NCBI GenBank assembly: GCA_001600695.1
Contig: BCKQ01000014.1
Coordinates: forward strand, 255,872-319,871
Origin: Ascoidea asiatica JCM 7603
Taxonomy: Eukaryota > Fungi > Ascomycota
DNA: 64,000 bases
Direction: 5' to 3'
Shown here: positions 49,568-61,200 of the stretch, one piece after another
Position numbering within the stretch: position 1 is the first letter of the stretch
Layout: each line of letters starts with the position of its first letter
Position numbers and translations under genes: made by a program
The notes under the pieces: model-generated
Told to the model about the DNA's origin: nothing
What the model saw: the letters and a program-made list of their open reading frames with translations, nothing else
Database searches by the model: none

Positions 49568-51751
49568 TTATTCAACGAATATCGCTGCTAATGTACCAAA
49601 TATTGCTAATATAGAGCTTATAAAAATTGTAAAATAACATAAAATTTTTTCTTTTTTTGTTACTGTTTTCTCACAGATTTTCAAATAAAATAAGCATGGT
49701 AATATTAAGCAAATCAAAAAACATAATGTTGATCCCATAAATGCAACAATTCTATCAAATTCAGGATATAAAATTGCAATAAAAACAAATAAAAAATTAG
49801 TAAAAACTCTATTAAATACTTTCAAAAATTTAATTTTAAATTGATTTGTTGAATTATTATGATTATTACCAGAATTATCATTTAAATCATTATTAACAGA
49901 ATTATTATCAGATGGGTTATTATCATCTGAAATATTATCAAAATTGTCTTGATAATTATTTTGAAAATTATCTTCATAATTATTAGTCTCAGAAACCGTA
50001 CTTATTTCAGAGTTTTTATTATCTAAACCCATAAAATAATCTAAAATTGAGACTATTGGCCTTGCATTTAATGGAGTTTTAGCCAATGGAACCATTGCAA
50101 TTAAAATTAAAATTGAAATATGCATAAATTTTGGATATCCTTTAGTAATTAGAATACTTTTCGTGATTTCTTCCTTAACTTCTTTACCAAACATTAAAAT
50201 ACCAATTAAAGCCATAGTAAAATCTGTTAAAAATGTAATTAAATAAGTTATTGAAAGGCAGTTTTTAAATTTATAAGGATGTCTCATATCAACTTTTAAA
50301 TTTGGAAAAATTGCATGACCTGAGAATGGAGCCATTAAAATTCCAAGCGCTAAAAATAATTGACCAATTGATTCAGGATATAAACTTATTGGCATTATTG
50401 AAATTAATGAACCTGGAGAATTTTGTTTAATTAAACCAGAAATGAAGATTAATATAACAATTAAAATAGTTGAAGTTATACCTAATAAAGAAATTATTGA
50501 TAATATTGGTAATGGTAAAAAAGTTGGTGGAGTTAAAATGCAAAAAGCTAAAAATTTTAATTGAATTGGACTAAATTTTGGGAATAAAGTATTTAAAGAA
50601 TCTGCGAATAAAACAATCAAAGAAACTCCAGCAGCAATTAAATCAATTGAAAATAATAAAGATATTAAGGCTCTACCTTTTTTACCAAAAGTTGCAAAAC
50701 CTAAATCAGCATAAGTCATTAAAGTTTGGTCAGTATCCATACAAGAAGACAATAGATTTGCAGTTATAAAAGTGGAAAAAGATGCAAAAAATAAAATTGG
50801 TAAACCAAATAAAAGACCAGCTTTTTTCAAACCTAAAGGTAAAGCTAATAGACCAATACCAATTAAAACATTAATTGAATTAAAAATAGTTTGAGGAGCA
50901 GTTGATTGACCTTGAATAATTGGAATTGATTTACCTTCGTTATTAATATCAGAATTTTTTATAATTAAAGAATTTGTTTCAGTTATATTATCTAATAAAT
51001 TATTATTAATTGTTGAAATTGTATTTGGTAATGAGAAATTAGAAAGTATTGAATTTCCTCTAAATTTTCTATTTAATGGAAAATTATTTGTATTAGTATG
51101 ATTATCTAAAACAGAATTATCATCAATTGCATCATCTGGATGTAATAAAGAATTATTGGAAGAATCGTTAGATTCTGTTGGAAATAAACTTGACATTGGA
51201 TTTCCAGCCCTTTGTTGTCTCATATTATTGATAAAATTCATATCATTATGCATATTAGCAACAGAGTTTGAAGGATGTAAAGCTAAACCTTGAGATAATT
51301 GTGAGTTTAACTGATTTTGATTTGTTTGATTATTTTGATTCAATACCGTAGATAATCTATTACCTTTAAAACTTGGGACTAATAATTGAGGATCATAAAT
51401 TTCATCTTCACCATTAATGAAATAAGATCTTGAATTCTGAATATTAGCTTCGATGAACTTGAAAGACTGAGCTCTAGTATAAGAAGAAGCAAATCTTCCA
51501 ATGGAATTCACACCTTTAAAAGAGCCAATGTTTGAATTTAAAATTGAGTTTTTTCTAGTTCTTGTTTTCCCAGCAGAAACTGGAACTGACCCAGGAACTG
51601 GAGGTGATAGATATCCAGAAGAAACCCCAGGAGATTGAGAAGAATTTAGAAGAGAATCATTTTCATTGAATATTTGAATTGGATTAGTGATATTATAACT
51701 ATTATTGCTATTGTTGTTATTATTATTATTGAAATCGTGAGCAGAAGACAT
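49568..51751 (-). CDS. AVT1: Vacuolar amino acid transporter Avt1
   Basis: NSIGRFASSYTRAQSF, GQSTAPQTIFNSINVLIGIGLLALP, TYADLG, GHAIFPNLKVDMRHP, multiple TM segments. Confidence 0.93.
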   Translation of the reverse strand: MSSAHDFNNNNNNNSNNSYNITNPIQIFNENDSLLNSSQSPGVSSGYLSPPVPGSVPVSAGKTRTRKNSILNSNIGSFKGVNSIGRFASSYTRAQSFKFIEANIQNSRSYFINGEDEIYDPQLLVPSFKGNRLSTVLNQNNQTNQNQLNSQLSQGLALHPSNSVANMHNDMNFINNMRQQRAGNPMSSLFPTESNDSSNNSLLHPDDAIDDNSVLDNHTNTNNFPLNRKFRGNSILSNFSLPNTISTINNNLLDNITETNSLIIKNSDINNEGKSIPIIQGQSTAPQTIFNSINVLIGIGLLALPLGLKKAGLLFGLPILFFASFSTFITANLLSSCMDTDQTLMTYADLGFATFGKKGRALISLLFSIDLIAAGVSLIVLFADSLNTLFPKFSPIQLKFLAFCILTPPTFLPLPILSIISLLGITSTILIVILIFISGLIKQNSPGSLISIMPISLYPESIGQLFLALGILMAPFSGHAIFPNLKVDMRHPYKFKNCLSITYLITFLTDFTMALIGILMFGKEVKEEITKSILITKGYPKFMHISILILIAMVPLAKTPLNARPIVSILDYFMGLDNKNSEISTVSETNNYEDNFQNNYQDNFDNISDDNNPSDNNSVNNDLNDNSGNNHNNSTNQFKIKFLKVFNRVFTNFLFVFIAILYPEFDRIVAFMGSTLCFLICLILPCLFYLKICEKTVTKKEKILCYFTIFISSILAIFGTLAAIFVE

Positions 51752-52638
51752 TGCCGAGTATTGGGTTTTATATTAAGAGATGTTGAAGCCCGAGGATAAC
51801 TGTGAAGAAGTACACCAAATCAGTTTTGCCTTTAAGTTGAGTCTGTTCACTCCTTATTTCTTCTTTCCTCAAGAATAAAAGAGGTTTATTGAAAAGAATG
51901 AATAAAAAAAAAAAGGCTGAAAAAGAAAATAAAAGCTTCTTTTCTCTTTCATTTATCTGTTTTTTCCAGCTGCCTCAACTTCTCCAATCCTTTGTTTTTG
52001 AGTGTTTTCGGTGGTTTTCAGCAGCGCTCGCCCGCCGCGCATTTTTCATTCCGCAAATCGAAACCACCGAAATTTTTGAATTTTTTTTCCCTTTTTCATT
52101 TTTTTTCAATTTTTTTTTCTTTTACGTTCAAAGTTGGTGATTTTCGAATAAATCAATGACAAAGTGAAAAATTAAATCATTTCACTGACTTTTTCAAAAG
52201 GCTTTTATTAAAATTTATTTCAAACTCATTCATTATCATAATTAAATTACTTATTTAGTAACAAAGCTTGTAATTTTAAAGCTGGTCTAAAGTTTCATCT
52301 AAATTGAAAAAAGAAATATATTTACAAATAAACAAATAATTAGATAAATCAATAAATGAGTAAATAAATAAGATCTTTTTAGAAGTAGTCAGATATTCAC
52401 ATGATTTCACTTGTGCTTTATTCACTTAACCGAGCTTGAAAACTTAAGCAATTAAAAATCGGGTTAATTCAAATTATACTCAAATTCTTTATATCCTTCA
52501 TTACCAGCATTTTCAATTATTATTAAAAATAATTTAATATATTATTCTTCATAAGCCTTTGATTCAAAATCCGAGAACTCTAAATTACTTAATTACTTAA
52601 TCAATTAATCAATGAAAATATTCAATTTTTAAATATTG

Positions 52639-55600
52639 TTAAATCTCAGGATTTGTAATGATTTCAACTTCATCATCTGTGTCTTGTTCATTTTCATAAT
52701 CAACATAAACATTATTAGGATATTTTAATATAGTCATCTTATTATTATAAATATCAATATTAGTACCATTATCAGTTAAATTATTATCATCATAATTATC
52801 CTCATAATCATAATCATAATTCTCATCATAATTGTCAATACAATTGTCATTAATATTATTGTATTTATAACCATTCAAATTTTCGATTCTACTTTCTTTG
52901 TTCTCTTTTCTTTGTTGTTTATGATATTCCCAAAGGGATCTCCTTTGAACTTCTTCTATTTGTAGTTCTAATAAAATATCTTTCAAATCTTTTCTTAAAT
53001 TTTTTCTTTCTTTTTGTGGAAATACTTTATTAATTTGTAATTTACTTAATTTATTCCAAAACCTTAAGCATTTTTCATCATCTTGTAAAAATTTACTAAT
53101 ATTAAAGATTATATGAATTCCACAATCAAAAAAATTGGTTTGTCTAGGTACAATACTTTTAACAAATTTTATTGGTAAAATTTCAAAATTTGGATTATAA
53201 AATTTTTTATTGTTTGCATATTGTAAAAGAAATTCTTGTAATGGAAAATAAATTTTTGTATGATTTACATTAAAACTATCAAATATATAAAATGAACATT
53301 TTTTGATAATTTTATTCTCCTTATAAATTGTTTCAATATTTAATATTGAACAAAACCAATGTGATTGTTGATTTATTGGAAAAATAATATATTTATAATT
53401 GAATAAATCTTTCTTCTCAAACCATCTTCTCATAGTATTAAAGTAGTTTCCATCTACTGTTGATTTTAATTTTGTGAAAAAATATGTGTTAAGTAAACAA
53501 ACTTCTTCCCTTTTAAATTTTTTATTTTCAAAAGATTTTTCAACATAAAATTTGAAAAAAAAATCAATAACTGCATCATTTACCCACTTCCCATCAGATA
53601 ATGATAAATAATCTATATTTGTAATAGTCATGGTAATATTATCATCAAAAGTATGATTTAAAGAAGGATAAAACATTTTAGAAAATTCTCTTAAATTGGA
53701 GTCTTCATTACATGATTCTGAGTTTATACTATCATAAAGATTATTAAATTTTCGTCTAGTTGTAAAATTTGAATATAATTGTAATTCATTAAATTTATTA
53801 GATTTTTCAGGAATTATATTATTTTCAATTTCATTTCTTTCAATCCCTTTGATTTCATTGTCAAATTTCTTTAATTCATCATATTCTTGATAATTATAAA
53901 ATTCTTTTGTATTATCAAGTTTTAGTAATTTATTTTTCTTTTTCTTTTTATAAATTATTTCATTTTGATTCATTTTTCTTTTTTTACAATAATCTCTTTG
54001 AAGATATCGTACAATTCTTGAAGATTGTATTTTTATTATTAAAGATTTTTCATCATTAGTAATTGAAATAATTGGTTTTTTAAAATTTTTAAATTTTGAT
54101 TTAGAAATTTTTTTAATTTTTCTAGATTTTTTAATTTCAGAATAATGATTAAAAAGTTTATCTAATTCATATGTATCTGAAAATACTTTAACTGTAATTT
54201 TATGAGAAAGTGCAGAATCTTTTTTTTTCATAAGTTTTTCAAGATAAATAGAAAATGATCTTAGTTTAGTATCATCAAATGAAATTTTAATTTCTTTATA
54301 AGATTTTTCAGATTTATCTATATTATATAAACCAGAAACTAATTTAATATTTTCATTAATGATGATTTCCTTTTTGAGAACTAGAATTAAATATATGCCA
54401 TCAAGAGAAACTTTAACTTGAATTATATTTTCAGAAAGATCACAATTTAAAAAACTTAAAGAACGTGGAAAAGAGATTTTACTATTTTCAATTGAAATTT
54501 GATTTTTAAAATTTGAAATACTTCTTAATTTTTCTAATTTTTCTAATTTTTCTAATTTCTTTAAATCTTTTACATTTTTTGATTTTTTTAAAAAATTTTT
54601 ATCATCTAATGAAGTATTTTCAGTTTCTAAAAGTTTTGGATAAAATATATTACCAAATTCTAATTGTCTAAAATGACAAGTACAAACATTAGATTCAACA
54701 GAAGTATTAAAAAATGCAGAAAGTTTATTTTTTATTAATTTTGATCTATGCATTGATTTTAATTCAGCAAGTTTTTCTTCTTCAGATTTAAATTTATTTT
54801 CATTTTCAATATCATTTTCACTTTCACTATCAGTATAAGTTTGATTTTGATTATGTAAATTATTTTCAATTTCTTCGATATTATTTTCATTTTCATTTTC
54901 AATTTTCTTTGAATTTTCAATTTCTTTTTGATTTTCTAAATTTTTCATAGTTATTCTAATTTTAGAAATTTTAACTGGTTTATTATTATTATTATTATTA
55001 TTAGTAGTAGTAGTAGTAGTAGTAATTGAAGTTGGATTAATTTTAGAATTTTTTTTTGTATATTTTCTTTTAAGTCTTGCTTTTTCATTTGAATTTAAAA
55101 TTAAATTTATTTTAGGTTTTCTCTTTTTATAAGGTCCTCTTTTTTTATAAACTCTTTTTTTATTATCTTTTGTATTTGTTATTTTTATATTAGAATTATC
55201 TTTAGAATCTTTAGTATCTTTAGATAAGTCATTAGATAAGTCATTAGATAAGTCAGTAGATATTTCATTAGATATGTCATTAGGAAGATTATTATCTTCT
55301 TTTGAAATGGATTCAGAGATATTATTGAAAATATCATTAGATATTGTATCAGACATATCTTTATTATTTATTGAAATGTCATTTAATAAATCTTGTTTAT
55401 CATTATCATTAGATATATAATTGGGTATATAATTGGGTATATCAATAGGTATATCATTAGGAATTTTATTTAAAATATTATTATTAATAGTAAGTTTAAC
55501 ATTAGAAATATCTTTAATTTCATTTTCACATTTAATTTCATTTTTAATTATTTCTTTATGGGAATTATTTGAAATATTATTTGAAATATCATTATCATTT

Positions 55601-55784
55601 AATAAGTCATTACTATTTAAAATTATTTCATTGGAATTGAAATTTTCAGATTTGATATTATTTGAATTATTATTTGGATTAATTTTCAGACTATTTTTAT
55701 TTAAGATTATACCATTTTTAAGTCTTTTTTTCATTAATTCAAAGACTAATTTCTTATCTATTTCTAAATCATCATTCGATATTA

Positions 55785-55815
<31 letters not shown>

Positions 55816-55917
55816 TATATTATTTATATTATTTATATTTTGTTGATTATGTTGATTAGTTGAGATTGGATTAAGTAGTAAATTTAATTCCATTTTATTA
55901 ACATATTTACTTTTCAT
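52639..55917 (-). CDS. ULP2: SUMO protease, peptidase C48 (Ulp2-like)
   Basis: WVNDAVIDFF, NTYFFTKL, PIN...HW, FDS, QTNFFDCG catalytic motifs; long N-terminal extension. Confidence 0.8.
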
Positions 55918-56430
55918 TATCTTCTTAATCCTTTTAATCTTCTTGATTTTCTTGATTTTCTTGATGATCTTTTTTATTATGATTTTATTTGAATTAGAAT
56001 AATCATCAAAAAGAAGAGAAAGAAGAGAAAGAAAGAAGAAATAAGAAGTGAGAAAGAAAGAAAAGAAAAGAAAGCGAGTGAAATATTGTTGAAGAGGACA
56101 TCCGATTGCCTAAAGCAGGCACGAGAGAGACCGGAGCCTTTGTTGTTTTGCTGTGCGCGGGCCGCAAAGAAGCTTTTTCCACGCAGAAAACGAGTTAAAA
56201 TCAAGAACGACACTGCGAAGCATCGAGATAAATTCGAAACTCCCAACACAGATTTTTTTGTTTCTTCTTTTCTTCTTCATTTGTTTTGTTCTTCCTGTTT
56301 ATTATTTATTTCTTCACTGTTTCTTTCTTTCTTTCTTTCCTTCCTTCCCTATTTCTTTCTTTCTTTCTTTCTTTCATAAAATTAAATTAGGCTAAACAAG
56401 CCGCTGTGTGGCTAATGAAGTTTGTCTAAC

Positions 56431-56475
56431 CACGTGATCTTTATAACAAGTGACATCTGCCAGAAGAGTCACATG
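56431..56475. promoter_or_regulatory. Two RTCACRTG (Cbf1/CDEI-type) sites
   Basis: ATCACGTG on the minus strand at 56431-56438 and GTCACATG at 56468-56475. Confidence 0.6.
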
Positions 56476-56760
56476 ATCACCTAAAAAATGCTCGGTTTAA
56501 GTTTTCGGTAACAATTTAAGTTGTCAATCTGCAAAGACAAAACTTAGTCATCTTCTTACCACTTTTATAGTTAATAAGACAAAATATACTTACATTGCTT
56601 ATTGGATATTGAGCCTATTTGCTTAAAAAAATATATAATTTAATATTTTTTGCTTTTAAACATTTTCTGATAATTGATAACAATTTTATTAAAATTCAAC
56701 TACCTTTCTTTGAATAATAATAATAAACTACAAAGTAAATATAATTTAGATAAATTCTGG

Positions 56761-58213
56761 TTTTTGTTTATTTTGTTTATTAATATAAACATTATAGAAC
56801 TTCTATTTTTTCTTAAATTCTTTAAAGTTAAAATTAAAATGCATAAGTTTAAATTCAATTTATATAAATTGAAGTTCTTGTTTATTCTGTTTATCAATTT
56901 AAATATTATAGAACTTTCATGTGTCTCAAAAAGTAATTTTTTTAATGAGCGCTAAAATGATTACAGCTGCATTAGCTACCCATATATACATCTTGATATA
57001 TCATAATTGTTAGTTTATTATTCAGACAGGTCGGAGCAATATTTAATCTAAAATTCAATTTAGAGAAACTAAAGTTCTTGGTTATTTTGTTTACTAATTT
57101 AAATATTTTAAAATTTTTATATTTTTTCCAAAACTAAATTTGGCTGTCAGCGCTTAATTTATTCCAATCTTTCATAAATTAAAAACTGTTAATAGAAGCT
57201 TTAATAATTTAACTGTCTTCAAATAATTAAATCACTAAATTCTGGTCATACTAACTCTTAGCAAAATTCAACTTCTTTTTTCCCTGTTTATCAATTTAAA
57301 TTTTATAGATCTTTTATTTTCCTCAACAAAATTAAATTTTTAATCGGCCCTTAATTTATATTTTCAATAACGTCAATTACTCTTAAATTCTACTTTTAAT
57401 ATCAATATTTTAAAAGTTTTTAATTCTTGTTTTTCTGTTTATCGTTATAAATATTTTAGAATTTTTAATCTTTCCAAAAGATATCTTAAATATTTTCACA
57501 TCCAAGAGTTAAATTCAATAGTGTAAAAACTGAATCTTTATTAAAATTTTAGTTTTACTTTTTCTTATTCTTATTTATTTTGATTATCAATATAAATATT
57601 ATAGAATTTGTATTTAATCTTACAAATTGTTTTTCTTTTAAGCAAAATCATTGATTAAAGAATCATTTGAATTCAAGGAACTTGTTATTTAAAAAAGCCT
57701 CGAAACTTCTTTGTTTCATCCTGATAAATAATACTTATCTTAATATCTGATTCCAATATCTAAAAACTTATTTTAGTATTACTTTATATCATCCAAATTC
57801 AGGTTTCAAAGATTATTACATATCATAATTCTTCCTTACTTACATTTAAAATTATACTATTTTTCCCAAATTAATAATCTTATTTAATAACACAATTCCC
57901 TTTAAATATTTCTCTTGTCAATTTCTACTTTAATAAATTATATTAAATTGAAAATAATTTCTTGTTTATCTTGTTCATCAACGTAAATATCTTAGAAATT
58001 TTTTTGTTCTAATCTTTTATTACTTCGAATCCTGAACTTAAATTTTTCACTTTACTTCAAAAAACTTATATTCAATACTTGATTAAGTAGTAAATGCCTA
58101 TTCAACTATTAGAAACTTAATATTATCTTTCTCCTGTGATTCTCTCAATTATTCTGAACTAATTTCTTATAACTTTCATGTTTAAGTTGTTCATCATATT
58201 ATATATCCTAGAA
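56761..58213 (+). repeat. Interspaced array of eight degenerate 38-39 nt repeats, consensus TTCTTGTTTATTYTGTTTATCAATWTAAATATTWTAGAA
   Basis: Copies start at 56761, 56875, 57075, 57273, 57424, 57568, 57959 and 58175. Confidence 0.8.
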
Positions 58214-58259
58214 TTTTTTAATTTAATTCGGTCTCAGTCTCTATTTGAATGAGACTTAG

Positions 58260-61200
58260 TTCTCCTTTACTTATCTTAACAAAAGGACTGACGTTCCTAT
58301 TGATGGTACCTTTGATAAAACCCTTGTTGGTAAACTTAATGATGATGATGTCGATGAATACATTCAATTTATTTCAAAAGTAGAAAAATTAAATCAATTC
58401 GTTCCTGCTTCTTCAAAAAATCCTCTCTTTAATTCCTTCATTCACTTTCGTATAAACCCTTTTTAGACTTATTACTGGGAAAAAATCAATCAAAATCAAA
58501 TTAATCAAGGTGTCTTCTTACGAGCCAAAATTATCGAGAATTACCAACTCTCTATTCAACCAGAAGAGAAAACTTTCATTGACATTGCAAGAGAAAATAG
58601 AACTGAAAGAATTCAATTCTTAAGAAATAATAACCCTAATAATCTTATTTTCTTTAATTATCCTAATGAATTTTTTACTAAACCTTTTATTAAATCTGCT
58701 ATTACATTAATCACAAATGATATTACTTCAGACAATGAAAATTCCAATAATGAAGATAATCAAATTGCAAAACTTCGTTTTGAAGTCATTAATTCTCCAG
58801 TCAAAAATTCTGATCATCTTGATACCTTGGTAGACAGAGTCTTTTCTCTCCTTGAATCTTTCCAATTCATCACTAAAGATCCTTATGGTGGCTTTCTCTT
58901 ACAAAACGATATTTCACCTCAAAATGAAGCTATCATTAAACAATTCTGGAATAATAATATTCAAGAAAATCTATATTTCTCTACCCAACAACAAGTGTTC
59001 GATGATATTGAGTTTTCAAAACTTAAAGTTCAAGTTTTAATCATGAAACTTCAAGAGAAAAAATTTGCCCTTGAAGACCCTTTAAATCAATTAGGTTGTA
59101 TCACTAACTTCAAATTAAGAAATGAAGTTCTGAAAAGTGCTAATCTACTATGGCAGAAAATTAGAAAATTCTTTATTGAAATCCTTTCATCTGACCACCA
59201 AGAATTAATCAAAGATCAAGATAATTATATCAAATTAACAAAAAAACTTTTCGATAAAAATGTTTGTAAAGTCATTGCTAAATATTTTATAGGAAACTAT
59301 ATTAGAAGCATTAATACAGATAGTTATAACAGATATAAAGATAAATTTGGGTCTTTATCATTAAATGATAATGTCAAGTTTATTGTTGAATCCAATTTAA
59401 TTCCTCCTCAATTATTAAAATCTAGAAATGCTGAAAATGACAAATTAATTATCCAAAAGCTTAATAAGAAAAGAAAATTTTCTACTGAAATTTCAGATGC
59501 TAATAAAACTACTTTAGGTCAAAACTTTAATTCAAAAACTCCTTCACTTAAAAGATTAAAAATTGCTTTTGTTGATGATAATTCTCAAGTTCTTGCTTTA
59601 AATAACAAAAAGAATTCCTCTAATATCTTGTCTTCCTACACTGATACAGATTATCAAGATATTTTACATATCTCAGAAATCGATGCCCCTGAATTTTTTG
59701 CCCTTCCTTTAAAAACTATTCACGATGATGAGTTTTATCAATCTCATTCTGAAGGTCGTAAACTTTGCTCTAATTGTAAAGTCTTCAAACACCATCATTC
59801 GGTTTGTCCTATATGCCCTACAGACTTAACTAAATTTTACCAACTTCTAGTCTACTAAAAAATGGCTCCAGATAATTCATTATTTGTTCAATTTTTTGAC
59901 AAATACTATGCTTCTATTATGAATGTCATTAAAAAAACGAAGTGCTCTAAAAAATTTGAAAATTTTGAGAAAAAAGTTTCTTTAATCAAAATTCCTAACA
60001 TGAATAATCCTTTTAAATTCAATTCTACTATTATTCAACTTGACTCTATATCTATTTTTAGAGATTTTTTTCGAGATCTTCCTATTCTATATAGAATTTC
60101 TTCCATCAAAATTCCAAAAATTTTCGCTTCTGCTAATTATAAAAAATCTTTCAACTCAACTGACATTAAATTAGATTTTCATCGTACATTCAAATATTAA
60201 AATTTCGCTAAATTAAATCTTCAATATAACCTCAATTGTACAAAAATGTTTCTTCATTTTTCATTAACAAAGATATAATATTACCTAAAACCTTATCCTT
60301 TTCTATTAATGAAGATCTTTCTCTGGAAAATCCTTTTCAAGATCTAGGTGTTGCTTTAATTAGATCAAAAGATGTTTCTCCTTTTGATATTCCTGATATT
60401 AATGAATCTATTCCTGCAATTAATACTATTAATAACGATGAGTCCTCCAAAGATAATCATCATCTTGGTGATAATGATGATATTCATCTCCAAGACTCAC
60501 CTCGTCTTAAAGCTACTGACAAATATGATTTAACTGATGATATCCTTACACTCATTGATTTCAATCAAGCTAATTCTTTACTTGCTAAAATGTATAATTC
60601 TGAAAGTTCATTTAAATTGGAATTCACTGCTACTGGCCATAACAGAATTTTTATAACTCCTCTAAACTTAATTATTCCCTTCAAGTTTATAAAGACTTAT
60701 TTACTCTTGAGAAAAATACAAACACCATCAACTTCATTTTTGACCTTGATTTCAGCTTCGATCTCTTATTAATCAAAAATTTTACAAAACAAATAAATTT
60801 TATTTATTCAAACTTTCAAGCTAATCGTGTATCTAATGCGTTTAATGACTTCTATTACTGTGAATTTGCTTGTGATAAATTAGTTGATAATCGAGTTTCT
60901 ATTGACCCTTATGCCAACATTTATACTGCTATCTTATTTGAACATCTAATTTACAAATTAAAGAAACATAATACTTCTATACATATTTTTGAAAATCTAT
61001 CTAAGGAATATAAACTTTCTTACAATCCACCAATTTGGTTTCCAGGTAAAAATGCTTCTGTATTTTCTGAAAAAATGTTTGTTGGATTTAAAAAATTAAA
61101 ATGTTCTCCTCATCATAAAATTCAGTGTTATGTTCCTCAAACTATATTTTACCTGATCTCCTTAATAAATATGGTAATATTTTCAATACTGATGAATCAT

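Noticed and set aside
2997-55846. Antisense and alternate-frame ORFs nested in the large genes
   Set aside because: Shadows of low-complexity Asn/Lys-rich coding sequence
56431-56600. Saccharomyces-type point centromere (CDEI-CDEII-CDEIII)
   Set aside because: No very AT-rich ~80-bp CDEII directly after either CDEI, and the CCGAAA at ~56503-56508 is in the wrong order and orientation
58021-58035. TTCGAATCC B-box-like word
   Set aside because: No A box or cloverleaf; no tRNA or rRNA gene recognised in the window
56761-58213. CRISPR array or decayed leucine-rich-repeat gene
   Set aside because: Eukaryotic context, degenerate repeats, long unequal spacers and no cas genes; the LYKLKFLFI translation is LRR-like but unit spacings break the frame
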